A stretch of 64,000 nt of DNA from an uncultured Corynebacterium sp. (GTDB taxonomy: Bacteria; Actinomycetota; Actinomycetes; Mycobacteriales; Mycobacteriaceae): NCBI RefSeq assembly GCF_902489365.1, contig NZ_CABTZR010000002.1:7294-71293 (forward strand), in the 5' to 3' direction. Of the stretch, positions 30,089 to 39,914 are shown piece by piece (position 1 is the first letter of the stretch; each line of letters starts with the position of its first letter). The translations under genes were made by a program, and so were the position numbers. The notes under the pieces were generated by a model. The model did not search any database. It was given only the letters and a program-made list of their open reading frames with translations, and was not told where the DNA came from.

Positions 30089-30621
30089 AGATTGAGATCT
30101 CCTACAAAGCGCACGTTGCCGATGCTAAAGCGCGCGTTCCACAAGTTTCCGGGGGCAACGTTATAGACATACTGAAGGTTGGTGGATGCACCGGCGCCCA
30201 GCGGGTGATCCAAGCCCGGCGCGGCCAGGTCCACGTTGACCTCCGGGTCATAAGGGACGGGATCCACGGTGGCCCAGCCGCCGTTGCCGTCGGCGCGCTC
30301 TAAGGTGGGTTCCGCGAGGGCGTCGGCAGGCAGGGGCAACTCGTTGAGGTTGTGAATCTTCACCGTCAGCACCGTTCCGCCGCCGCCGGAGTACAGCCCC
30401 TGGAGCTCGAACTCCACGTTGAGCCCCTCATCTTTGACGGGTGCCGCCAGGTTGGAGGTGACCTCATGGGTGTCGACATCCTTGGCCTCAAAGGTCGGCG
30501 GCTCCGAGCTAGACACCACGATGTTGTCCTGCGGGCCCACGTCCGGCGGCTGGAGGATGCTGCAGCCTGACAAGGCAGCCAGACACAGCGGGGCGCACGC
30601 TAGGGGGAGGTATTTCTTCAC
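30085..30621 (-). CDS. Lipoprotein of unknown function
   Basis: Lipobox LSGC after MKKY and a hydrophobic stretch. Confidence 0.8.
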   Translation of the reverse strand: MKKYLPLACAPLCLAALSGCSILQPPDVGPQDNIVVSSSEPPTFEAKDVDTHEVTSNLAAPVKDEGLNVEFELQGLYSGGGGTVLTVKIHNLNELPLPADALAEPTLERADGNGGWATVDPVPYDPEVNVDLAAPGLDHPLGAGASTNLQYVYNVAPGNLWNARFSIGNVRFVGDLNL

Positions 30622-30711
30622 CGCGGATCCTTTTCCATCACGACTTCGGTTTCTCCCCTACCTTAGTCGACGGGTTGGATATTCCTATTAAGGGCGTAAC
30701 ATCGGCCGGCG

Positions 30712-32544
30712 ATGAACTCTATTCTCCGCATCGTCCGCAGCGCATCCGCCCTATGGCCGTTTTATCTTGGCGTCCTAATCACCGCGTCAGTCACCGCGAT
30801 TCTGTCGCTGCTGACCCCGTTTATCCTCCGCGAGGCCACCGACACCGTCGTCGCAGGCGGCCCGCTGCGCACCATCCTGTGGTGGGTCGTGGCACTCTTT
30901 GTGGCGGACGCGCTGGGCAACGTGGTGAAGAATATCGGCGGCTATATCGGCGATGTCATGGTCGCGCGCCTGCGCCAGATTCTTTCGACGCGCTACTTTG
31001 CCAAGCTGCTCTCCGTGCCGCAGGGCTACTACGACAACCAGGTCACCGGCACCATCATCGCGCGCCTGGACCGCTCGATCGCGAATATTACGCAGTTCCT
31101 GCAGTCCTTTTCCAATAACTTCTTCGTCATGCTCATCCAAGCCGCGGCCGTGCTCGTCATCACCGCGGTGTACTACTGGCCGCTCGCCGTCTTACTGGCC
31201 GCCCTCTTCCCTATCTATATGTGGCTCACGGCGCTGACCTCGGAGCGCTGGCAGAAGTATGAGGCCATCAAGAACGAGAATATCGACGTGGCCAATGGGC
31301 GTTTCGCGGAGGTCATCGGCCAGGTGAAGGTGACTAAGTCCTTCGTTGCCGAGGCCCGCGAGCTGGCCTCCTTCGGTTCGCACTACCGCACGGTTGTAGA
31401 TACTACGAAGCCGCAGTCTCGCTGGTGGCATTCCATGGACACCGCACGCGGGGCGGCCATGGCATTGATCTTCTTAGGCATCTACGGCCTGATCTTCTGG
31501 CGCACCTTGGAGGGACACTTCTCCATCGGTGACATGGTCATGCTTTTGCAGCTGGTGAACATGGCCAAGCAGCCGGTGTTCATGATGAGCTGGATCGTGG
31601 ATGTTAGCCAGCGCGCCATCGCCGGCTCCAAGGACTATTTCAAGGTCATGGAGGAAATCCCGGAGCCCACCGTCAACCCGCAGCTGGTCGCCGCCGCTGA
31701 AACCTCCGACGTGCCGGAGCTCGACCTCACCCCGGCCGAGCCGCTGCACCCCACCGAAGGCCCGGTCTTCGCCTTCGAGGACGTGTCTTTCTCCTATGAA
31801 TCGGATAAGCCGGTCGTCGCCGACATCACCTTCGCCGCCCAAGAGGGCCACAAGGTCGCACTCGTCGGCGAGTCCGGCGGCGGCAAGTCCACCCTGGTCA
31901 ATCTTTTGTTGGGCCTCTACCAGCCCACGGAGGGAAAGCTAACGGTGCTGGGCCACGACGCCGCGGAGCTCACCGCGGAGCGCCTGCGCGCCTCAGTCGG
32001 CGTGGTCTTCCAAGAGTCCTATCTGTTCTCCGGCACCATCAAGGAAAACATCGCCTATGGCAAGCCGGGGGCGACGATGGAGGAGATCGTGGGCGTCGCC
32101 AAGCGTGCCAATGCACACGACTTCATCGAGGAATTCCCCGATGGCTACGACACCGTCATCGGCGAGCGCGGCCTCAAGCTCTCCGGCGGGCAGAAACAGC
32201 GCGTGGCCGTGGCGCGCGCCATGCTGAAGGACGCCCCCATCCTCGTCCTCGACGAGGCCACCTCGGCGCTGGATACCAAGGCCGAACGCGCCGTGCAGGC
32301 CGGTCTGGACGAGCTCATGAAGGACCGCACCACGCTCATCATCGCGCACCGCTTGTCCACCATCGCGGACGTGGACACCATCATCACCCTGGACCGCGGC
32401 CGCATCTCCGAGATCGGCGCGCCAGCGGAGCTGGCGCAATCGGACGGCATCTACGCCGAGCTGCTGCGTTTGACCCAATCCGCCTCCGCCGCCGACCGGC
32501 AGCGATTGAAAAAATACGGATTCGTCCAAGCCACCGATGAGTAA
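30712..32544 (+). CDS. ABC exporter, fused permease/ATPase
   Basis: N-terminal TMD; GESGGGKST, LSGGQKQR, LDEATSALD, IAHRLST. Confidence 0.95.
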   Translation: MNSILRIVRSASALWPFYLGVLITASVTAILSLLTPFILREATDTVVAGGPLRTILWWVVALFVADALGNVVKNIGGYIGDVMVARLRQILSTRYFAKLLSVPQGYYDNQVTGTIIARLDRSIANITQFLQSFSNNFFVMLIQAAAVLVITAVYYWPLAVLLAALFPIYMWLTALTSERWQKYEAIKNENIDVANGRFAEVIGQVKVTKSFVAEARELASFGSHYRTVVDTTKPQSRWWHSMDTARGAAMALIFLGIYGLIFWRTLEGHFSIGDMVMLLQLVNMAKQPVFMMSWIVDVSQRAIAGSKDYFKVMEEIPEPTVNPQLVAAAETSDVPELDLTPAEPLHPTEGPVFAFEDVSFSYESDKPVVADITFAAQEGHKVALVGESGGGKSTLVNLLLGLYQPTEGKLTVLGHDAAELTAERLRASVGVVFQESYLFSGTIKENIAYGKPGATMEEIVGVAKRANAHDFIEEFPDGYDTVIGERGLKLSGGQKQRVAVARAMLKDAPILVLDEATSALDTKAERAVQAGLDELMKDRTTLIIAHRLSTIADVDTIITLDRGRISEIGAPAELAQSDGIYAELLRLTQSASAADRQRLKKYGFVQATDE

Positions 32545-32554
32545 GGTGGGGCGC

Positions 32555-33652
32555 ATGCATTTCCCTAGCCTGAAAGAACTTAGTGCCCGCGGCACCCGCA
32601 AGTGGACCGTCTATGACGAAGACGTCATCCCGCTGTGGATCGCCGAATCAGACTTCCTCACCGCGCCGGCGGTCAAGGAGGCCATCCAAGAGGCGGTCGA
32701 CGCCGAATCCTTCGGCTACACCCCGGCGCCCAAGGCCTCCGAGCTCAACGCGGCACTGGCGGATTTTTATGAATCACGTTACGGCTGGCGCCCGGAGCAT
32801 ATCTTCTGGATCGGGGATGTCGTGCGCGGTCTGTTGCTCGGCGTGCAGTCCTTCCCCGAGGGCCCGGTCATCGTGCCGGTCCCTTCCTCCCCGCCTCTGC
32901 TGGAGCTGCCGGAGACCGCGGGGCGCGAAAAGATTGAAACCTCGCTGGAGCTCGACGATATTGAACGTGCCTTCCAGGCCGGTGCGGGCTCCATTCTGCT
33001 TTCCCACCCCTATAACCCGCTGGGCATCGTCTTTGATGAAGACTGGCTGCGCGGTCTGGTGGAACTGGCGGAGAAGTACGATGCCCGCATCCTCTCCGAT
33101 GAGATCCACGCCCCACTGGTCTACGAAGACCGCCACATCCCGCTCGGCGCTTTGTCCGACCGCGTTATTACCGTCACCGCCACGTCCAAGGCGTGGAACA
33201 CCGCGGGCTTAAAGTGCGCGCAGGTGATCTTCTCCAACACCGCGGATGTCGAGCGCTGGAACTCGCTGAGCGGTGTGGCCAAGGACGGCACCGGCACGCT
33301 CGGAGTGCTGGCGGCAGAGGCCGCCTACCGCCACGGTGCGGAGTTCCTCGACGAGGAAATCGAGTATCTGAAGAAGACCCGCGACTGGCTGGTGGAGGAG
33401 CTGCCCAAGCGCGTTCCAGGCCTCAAGACTTCCCACCCGCAGGCCACCTACCTGCTGTGGTTGGACTTTAGCGAGACCGCCATTGGGGATGACCCGAAGC
33501 CCGCGGCGTGGGTTCGCGAGCACGCCAAGGTGGCCCTGAATGAGGGTGTCACCTTCGGCACGGGCGGCGAGCATCATGCCCGTCTTAATTTCGCAACCTC
33601 CCGCGAGCTGCTGGAAGAGGCACTCGACCGGCTGGAGAAAGCATTTAGCTAA
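32555..33652 (+). CDS. aecD: MalY/PatB family PLP-dependent C-S lyase (cystathionine beta-lyase)
   Basis: KW..Y..DVIPLWIAESDF, DEIHAPL, SKAWNTAGLK, ATYLLWLD, RLNFAT; next to brnQ. Confidence 0.88.
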   Translation: MHFPSLKELSARGTRKWTVYDEDVIPLWIAESDFLTAPAVKEAIQEAVDAESFGYTPAPKASELNAALADFYESRYGWRPEHIFWIGDVVRGLLLGVQSFPEGPVIVPVPSSPPLLELPETAGREKIETSLELDDIERAFQAGAGSILLSHPYNPLGIVFDEDWLRGLVELAEKYDARILSDEIHAPLVYEDRHIPLGALSDRVITVTATSKAWNTAGLKCAQVIFSNTADVERWNSLSGVAKDGTGTLGVLAAEAAYRHGAEFLDEEIEYLKKTRDWLVEELPKRVPGLKTSHPQATYLLWLDFSETAIGDDPKPAAWVREHAKVALNEGVTFGTGGEHHARLNFATSRELLEEALDRLEKAFS

Positions 33653-33690
33653 AATTTACATCTCATGTCATGGGCATTATCCTTAGAAAA

Positions 33691-35031
33691 ATGTCCATAA
33701 ATGACGTTCAGGCCCCCGCCCAGTCTGCTTCGAAGACGAGCTCGCCCATCGGCATCGTGATCGTTGCCTCCCTCATGCTCTTCTCCATGTTCTTCGGAGC
33801 GGGCAACCTCATCTTCCCGCCGGAGGTCGGTGTCTCCTCCGGCACCAACTTCTGGCCCGCCACCCTGGGCTTCCTCGCCGCCGGCGTAGCCCTGCCGGTC
33901 TTGGCGGTGATCGCGGTGGCCATTTCCGGCCAGTCCGTGCGCGATATCGGAAACCACGGCGGCAAGATCTTCGGCGTGGCCTTCTCCGTCATCGCCTACC
34001 TAGCCATCGGAGCCTTCTACGCCCTGCCGCGTACCGGCGCGGTGTCCATGGAAACCGCGATTACCCCGCTGCTGGGTTGGGAGGGGACCTTCGCCAACGG
34101 CGCCTTCAACGTCGTTTTCTTCCTTATCGCGTTAGCCCTGGCCTGGCGCCCGAATGACATCATCGACACCTTGGGCAAGTTCCTCACCCCGGCGCTGGTC
34201 ATCCTGCTCGCCGCCCTCATCACCTTGGCCACGCTGGCGAATCCCCGCGTTCCCGGCACCCCAACCGAGGAGTACGCCTCCGCGCCCTTCGTCACCGGCC
34301 TGTTTGAGGGCTATAACACCATGGACGCCATCGCGGGCCTGGCATTCTCCATCGTCATCGTGACCTCCCTGCGCTCCAAGGGTTTTTCCAAGAATAGTGA
34401 GCTGCTGCGCGGAACCATTCTCTCCGCGGTCATCGCCGGCGCCCTGCTCGCCGCCATCTACCTGGGGCTGGCGTGGATCGGCCAAACCATGCCGAACGGT
34501 GCCTCCTACGAGTCCGGCGCCGCCCTGCTTGCCGACGCCTCCAATCTCACCATGGGCAATATCGGCCAGGCCGTCTTCTCCGCCATCGTCATCTTGGCGT
34601 GCATGACCACTGCCGTGGGCCTGATTTCCGCCACCTCGGAGTTCTTCGCCCTGCTCGTACCGAAGACCACCTACCACCTGTGGGCCTGCCTGTTTACTGC
34701 ACTGTCCATCGCCTTCGCTTTCCAGGGCCTCGACACGGTGCTTGCCATCGCGATGCCCTTCATCGTGTTCTTGTACCCGCCGGCGATCTCGCTGATCGTG
34801 CTGACCCTCCTGCAGCCGGTAGTGAAGAAGTGGGTCACCTTCTACTGGGGCTTCCGCTTGGCGCTGTGGGTTTCCGTCCTGTGGTCCGCCGCCACCTCCT
34901 TCGGCGCCCCGCTTGACTTCTCCCCCGGCCAAGACGTTGGCCTGGGCTGGGTAGTTCCCACGCTCCTCGCTTTTGCCATCGGCGTTATCATCGACTTTGT
35001 ATCTACATCCTCGCCGAAGAAAAGTGAGTAG
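33691..35031 (+). CDS. brnQ: Branched-chain amino acid carrier
   Basis: FSMFFGAGNLIFPP, PRTG, GKFLTP, GYNTMDA, ACMTTAVGL. Confidence 0.95.
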   Translation: MSINDVQAPAQSASKTSSPIGIVIVASLMLFSMFFGAGNLIFPPEVGVSSGTNFWPATLGFLAAGVALPVLAVIAVAISGQSVRDIGNHGGKIFGVAFSVIAYLAIGAFYALPRTGAVSMETAITPLLGWEGTFANGAFNVVFFLIALALAWRPNDIIDTLGKFLTPALVILLAALITLATLANPRVPGTPTEEYASAPFVTGLFEGYNTMDAIAGLAFSIVIVTSLRSKGFSKNSELLRGTILSAVIAGALLAAIYLGLAWIGQTMPNGASYESGAALLADASNLTMGNIGQAVFSAIVILACMTTAVGLISATSEFFALLVPKTTYHLWACLFTALSIAFAFQGLDTVLAIAMPFIVFLYPPAISLIVLTLLQPVVKKWVTFYWGFRLALWVSVLWSAATSFGAPLDFSPGQDVGLGWVVPTLLAFAIGVIIDFVSTSSPKKSE

Positions 35032-35034
35032 TTC

Positions 35035-36015
35035 ATGACGCCCCGCGCCGCTCTATCCATCCTCGATTTCTGCACCATTTATGAGGGGGAGACCCCTTCT
35101 CAGTCCATGGCTAGGTCGGTCGAGCTAGCGCAACAGGCGGAGGCCTTGGGCTTTGAGCGCATGTGGTACACCGAGCATCACAACATGCCCTCCATTTCCT
35201 CGTCTTCCCCGGCGGTGCTCATCGCCCACATCGGCGCGAAGACCGAGCGCATCCGCCTCGGCTCCGGCGGCATCATGCTGCCGAACCACGCGCCCTATGT
35301 CATCGCCGAACAATTCGGAACCCTCGCCGAGCTCTACCCCGGGCGCATCGACTTGGGCCTGGGCCGCGCACCCGGCACCGACATGAAGACCTTGGGCCGC
35401 GCCCTGCGCCGCGATAGAAACGCCGCCGAGCGCTTCCCCGAGGACGTCAAGGAGCTACAGGGCTACCTTTCCGGCAAATCTCTCGTCCCCGGTGTGCAGG
35501 CCATCCCCGGCCAGGGCACCAACGTGCCGATCTACATCCTGGGGTCCTCGCTCTTCGGCGCCTCGCTGGCAGCCAAGTTCGGTCTGCCTTATGCCTTCGC
35601 CTCGCACTTCGCCCCGCAGCACTTGGAAGCCGCCACGGCCTACTACCGCGAGAATTACCAGCCTTCCGAAGCCCACCCCGAGCCCTATGTCATCGCCGGC
35701 GTCAACGTCACTGCGGGGGATGACGCCGCCGAGGAATTCGAGAAGGTCTGCTTCCGCCGCGTCAAGGCCTTCGTCAGCCGCGGCAAGCAGCTCAGCGACG
35801 CCGACGTTGCCCGCATCATCGACTCCCCGCAGGGCCAGCAGATCATTGGCATGCTGAAGTACTCCGCAGTCGGCAGCATCGAGCACGTGCGCGAGTATCT
35901 CACCGACTTCCAGAAGTTGGCTCAGGCGGACGAGCTCATGATTTCCCTTCAATCCACAAGCCACGAGGCCGCGTTGGGTAACATGAGTAACCTGGCACAA
36001 GCGTGGCAGATGTAG
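35035..36015 (+). CDS. LLM-class flavin-dependent oxidoreductase (luciferase-like)
   Basis: [42 protein letters not shown]. Confidence 0.92.
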   Translation: MTPRAALSILDFCTIYEGETPSQSMARSVELAQQAEALGFERMWYTEHHNMPSISSSSPAVLIAHIGAKTERIRLGSGGIMLPNHAPYVIAEQFGTLAELYPGRIDLGLGRAPGTDMKTLGRALRRDRNAAERFPEDVKELQGYLSGKSLVPGVQAIPGQGTNVPIYILGSSLFGASLAAKFGLPYAFASHFAPQHLEAATAYYRENYQPSEAHPEPYVIAGVNVTAGDDAAEEFEKVCFRRVKAFVSRGKQLSDADVARIIDSPQGQQIIGMLKYSAVGSIEHVREYLTDFQKLAQADELMISLQSTSHEAALGNMSNLAQAWQM

Positions 36016-36083
36016 ACGTACGCGCAGGCGCGTACGCACATCTTTACCCGTCACAGCGTTGTTCTACATAGAGGAGAATTTCG

Positions 36084-36839
36084 GTGGCCCTTCGCCGCAC
36101 ACAGCAACACAGCATGATCGCTGACTACCTGCGCACCCTCATTCGCAGCAAAAAGCTTTCTCCTGGCGATTTCCTGCCCAGCGAGGCCGAGCTCTGCGAG
36201 CAATTCTCCTCCTCCCGCGGCCCCGTGCGCCAAGCCGTCGCCGCTTTGCGCTCGGAAGGGCTCATCTCCTCCGGCCGCGGCCGCCGCTCCGTCGTCCTCG
36301 GCCGTTTTACCTCGGAGTCCTTCGATTCCATTTACTCCGTGACGCACTGGCTGCGCGAGCGCGGCTTCGAGCCCGGCGCGTCCACGTTGTGGCTGGGTCG
36401 CTGCCCTGCTTCCGAGCAGGAAGCCGAGTTCCTGCGGGTAGAAACCGGCTCCCCCGTTATCTTTGTGCACCGCGTGCGCAGCGCCAACGGCATGCCCATC
36501 GCCATCGAGCGCATGTTCTTCCCACTGGACGTGGGCAGCCAGATCCTCAGCTTCGATGCCGACAATGAGTCCATCCACGATCACCTGCGCAAGCAGGGCG
36601 TGGACTTCGACAGCGTCAACCGCGAGCTCTCCCTTGCCTACGCCAGCGAGGAAGATGCGCGCTCCCTCAATGTCGAGCCCGGCATCCCGCTGTGGCGCCT
36701 GCACCTCGACATCTCGGATCACTCCGGGCATCCCGTCGAGTGCACCGAAATCCTGTACCTCGGGGACCGCATGACGCTTGGTATGACGAACGTGCGCGGC
36801 ACCACGTCCCCGCTCGAGGTCAAGCTGTCGGAAGGATGA
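36084..36839 (+). CDS. GntR (HutC/UTRA) transcriptional regulator
   Basis: LPSEAELCEQF.SSRGPVRQA..L..EGLI; C-terminal UTRA-like domain; agagga RBS. Confidence 0.9.
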   Translation: MALRRTQQHSMIADYLRTLIRSKKLSPGDFLPSEAELCEQFSSSRGPVRQAVAALRSEGLISSGRGRRSVVLGRFTSESFDSIYSVTHWLRERGFEPGASTLWLGRCPASEQEAEFLRVETGSPVIFVHRVRSANGMPIAIERMFFPLDVGSQILSFDADNESIHDHLRKQGVDFDSVNRELSLAYASEEDARSLNVEPGIPLWRLHLDISDHSGHPVECTEILYLGDRMTLGMTNVRGTTSPLEVKLSEG

Positions 36840-38257
36840 TGAGGGCCTGGATTGGTGCGCTGGGGGTGGTCGTGGGGGCGTCGTTAAGCGCGTGTTCTGC
36901 TGGCTCCACAGCAGTGGTTGATTCTGATTCCGCCGCGCTGACGCTGGCCACCACGACGCCGGCGACCTCCCTGGATTTCACCACCGTCGGCGGCGCCGCC
37001 ATCCCGGCAGCACTCATGAGCAACGTCTACGAAACCCTGGTGCGCATCTCCCCGGAGGGCGAGATCGTGCCCGGCCTGGCCGAGTCCTGGGAGGTCGAGT
37101 CCACGCGCTACACCTTCCACCTGCGTGAGGCTTCCTTCTCCAACGGCGAGGCCTTCACCGCGCACACCGCCGCGTGGTCCATCAACGCGGTGAAGACGGA
37201 GTGGACCAACGGGCTCAAGAAGCAGATGGACGTTGTGGAATCCGCCACGGCTGTCGACGATTCCACGCTGGTTGTCACGCTTTCCCGCCCCTCCGCCGGT
37301 TGGTTGTGGTCCATGGGTACTGTCATCGGCGCCATGCGCACGCCCACTGACGCTGTGGGCACCGGCCCCTTCGCCGTCGCCAGCTTCTCCCCCAACGAGT
37401 ACATCGCGCTGCGCGCCCGACCGGACTACTGGGGAGCCCCGGCGAAGGAAGACATCACCATCCGCTACTTCCCGGATTCCCTCACCGCGGTCAACGCCCT
37501 GCGCTCCGGCGGGGTGGACGCGGTGTGGGGCGTGCAGAACCCCGAGCTGCTCGACACCCTCGATGACTCCATCGACACCGCCGTGGGCACCACGAACGGC
37601 GAGGTGCTGCTGTCCATGAATAACCAGGCAGCGCCTTTCGACGACCCCCGGGTGCGCCGCGCCGTGGCTTATGGCATCGACCGCCGGGCCGCCAACGAGA
37701 TCCTCTGGGAAGGCCGCGCGAAAGATACCGGTGGTGCCCCGGTGCCGCCGACCGACCCGTGGTTTAGCGCCAAGGACTACTACCCCTACGATCCCGCGCG
37801 CGCCCGCGCGCTGATGGAAGAGGCCGAAGCCGTGGGCACGGCGCTCACGCTCACCGTGCCGAGCCTGCCCTATACGCAAACGCTCTCCGAGTTCCTCTAC
37901 TCGCAGCTAACGGAGATGGGCTTCGAGGTCACGCTGGAAACCGCGGAGTTTCCCGCCGTGTGGCTCAGCCAGGTGATGGGGGCCAAGGATTATCAGATGT
38001 CGCTCGTCGCGCACGTCGAGCCGCGCGATATCCCCACCATCTTTGGCAACCCGGACTATTACATCGGCTATGATTCGCCGCAGACCCGCACGTTGTTGGA
38101 GCAGGATGACATGAAAGGTGCGGTCGACCAGATCATGGAAGATATGCCCGCCCTGACCCTGATGAACATGCCCAACATCGTGCTTTACCGCGAGGGCCTG
38201 ACCGGCCTGCAGCCGAACCAGATCACCGACGCCATCGAGCTTAGAGGAGTGCAATGA
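36836..38257 (+). CDS. Peptide/nickel ABC transporter substrate-binding lipoprotein
   Basis: Lipobox LSAC; NVYETLV, PGLAESW, GTGPF, D.RVRRA. Confidence 0.9.
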   Translation: MMRAWIGALGVVVGASLSACSAGSTAVVDSDSAALTLATTTPATSLDFTTVGGAAIPAALMSNVYETLVRISPEGEIVPGLAESWEVESTRYTFHLREASFSNGEAFTAHTAAWSINAVKTEWTNGLKKQMDVVESATAVDDSTLVVTLSRPSAGWLWSMGTVIGAMRTPTDAVGTGPFAVASFSPNEYIALRARPDYWGAPAKEDITIRYFPDSLTAVNALRSGGVDAVWGVQNPELLDTLDDSIDTAVGTTNGEVLLSMNNQAAPFDDPRVRRAVAYGIDRRAANEILWEGRAKDTGGAPVPPTDPWFSAKDYYPYDPARARALMEEAEAVGTALTLTVPSLPYTQTLSEFLYSQLTEMGFEVTLETAEFPAVWLSQVMGAKDYQMSLVAHVEPRDIPTIFGNPDYYIGYDSPQTRTLLEQDDMKGAVDQIMEDMPALTLMNMPNIVLYREGLTGLQPNQITDAIELRGVQ

Positions 38258-39159
38258 GAATCCTGCGCTTCCTCGGCACCATGTGGGCCGCCTCCATCAT
38301 CATCTTCCTGCTCATGCGGGCCGTGCCCGGCAATCCGGCGCGCGTGGCCTTGGGCGTCAACGCCACGGATGAGTCCGTGGCGGAGCTGACCCATGCCATG
38401 GGTCTGGACCGCCCGCTCATTGTGCAATACCTGGAGTGGATGAAGGGGCTGTTGACCGGCAACTTCGGCATCTCCCTGTCCTCGCAGCAGGACATCACCC
38501 CGCTGGTGATTGACCGCGCGCAGGTCACGCTGCTGCTCATCGGGCTAGCCATCGCCCTCGCGTTGGCCGGGGCGATCCCCATGGGCATCCTGCTCGCCCG
38601 CTTTCGCCTCCCCGTGCTCAATGCAGCCACGCAGCTGGGCATCGCGGTCCCCAGCTTCCTGGTCGGTATTGTGCTCGTCGCGGTGTTCTCCGTGCACCTG
38701 GGTTGGCTGCCGGCCAACGGCTGGCAGCTACCGCGCGAGGGCTTAAGCCACCTGGTCCTGCCGGTCATCTCGCTGGCACTGGTGCAGGGCGCGATGCTCA
38801 CCCGTTACGTGCGCGCCACCCTCCGCGAGGAGATGGACAAGGACTACATCCGCACCGCCCGCTCCCTGGGTGAATCCCGCACCGGGGCGCTCATCCGCCA
38901 CGGCCTGCGCAACGCCGCCCTGCCCGTGCTCACCGTCACCGGCGTGCAGCTGAGCACCCTGGTAGTGGGCGCGGTGGTCATCGAGAACGTCTTCGTCATT
39001 CCAGGTCTGGGCTCCCTGCTTCTCGACGCCGTCTCCACCCGCGATCTCACCACCGTCCAGACCCTCATCATGGTCTTCGTGACCTTCACGCTGACCGTCA
39101 ACCTGCTTACGGACCTGGCCTACCGGGTCATCGACCCACGGCTGAAGGAGGCGCGATGA
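38254..39159 (+). CDS. Peptide ABC transporter permease (DppB-like)
   Basis: PGNPA, GLDRP, DYIRTAR..G, H.LRNA. Confidence 0.92.
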   Translation: MRILRFLGTMWAASIIIFLLMRAVPGNPARVALGVNATDESVAELTHAMGLDRPLIVQYLEWMKGLLTGNFGISLSSQQDITPLVIDRAQVTLLLIGLAIALALAGAIPMGILLARFRLPVLNAATQLGIAVPSFLVGIVLVAVFSVHLGWLPANGWQLPREGLSHLVLPVISLALVQGAMLTRYVRATLREEMDKDYIRTARSLGESRTGALIRHGLRNAALPVLTVTGVQLSTLVVGAVVIENVFVIPGLGSLLLDAVSTRDLTTVQTLIMVFVTFTLTVNLLTDLAYRVIDPRLKEAR

Positions 39160-39914
39160 AACCCGGCTATATCCTGGTGGGCCTGACCATCCTGCTCGCC
39201 CTGGTCTCCCTGGTGTGGACGCCCTATGACCCGAACCTCATCTCCCCCGACCGCTTGGCCGGCCCCAGCCTGGAGCACCTCATGGGCACCGACCGCTTTG
39301 GGCGCGATACTTTCTCCCGCATCCTCGCCGGCGCCCAGATCACCGTGCTGGTGGGCGTGGTGGCGGTGGCCATCGCCGCGCTCATCGGGGTCCCGCTGGG
39401 CATCATCGCCGGGATGCGCGGCGGCAGCGTCATCATGGCGGCCACCGACCTGCTACTCGCCTTCCCGGCGCTGCTGCTGGCCATCGTCGCCGGCGCGGTG
39501 TGGGGCTCGTCGACGCTCACGGCGACCATCGCCATCGGCATCGCCGGCATCCCTTCCTTCATCCGGGTCACCCGTTCCGGCACGCTGCAGATTATGACGC
39601 AGGACTATATCGCGGCCGCCCGCATCTCGCGCGTGCCGCCGGCGCTCATCGCGTGGCGCCACGTGCTGCCCAACCTCGGCGGCATCGTGGCCATCCAGGC
39701 CTCCGTCTACTTTGCGCTGGCCGTCCTCGCCGAGGCTGGCCTGTCCTACCTCGGCCTGGGCACCGCCCCGCCAACCGCCTCGTGGGGACGCATGCTGCAC
39801 GACGCCCAGCCCCTCCTGGCCACCCACCCCCTCCAGGCGCTGTGGCCAGGCCTGGCCATCGCCGGCACCGTCCTCGGATTCAACCTGCTAGGAAGCCATG
39901 CTGACCGTCACTGA
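39156..39914 (+). CDS. Peptide ABC transporter permease (DppC-like)
   Basis: H.MGTD.FGRD, DYIAAAR, HVLPN, LSYLGLG, SWG.ML. Confidence 0.92.
   Translation: MKPGYILVGLTILLALVSLVWTPYDPNLISPDRLAGPSLEHLMGTDRFGRDTFSRILAGAQITVLVGVVAVAIAALIGVPLGIIAGMRGGSVIMAATDLLLAFPALLLAIVAGAVWGSSTLTATIAIGIAGIPSFIRVTRSGTLQIMTQDYIAAARISRVPPALIAWRHVLPNLGGIVAIQASVYFALAVLAEAGLSYLGLGTAPPTASWGRMLHDAQPLLATHPLQALWPGLAIAGTVLGFNLLGSHADRH

Noticed and set aside
36017..36070. Hairpin cgtacgcg..cgcgtacg and a possible GntR operator before the gntR gene
   Set aside because: Short stem without a clear U-tract and no convincing HutC-type palindrome; too weak to call.
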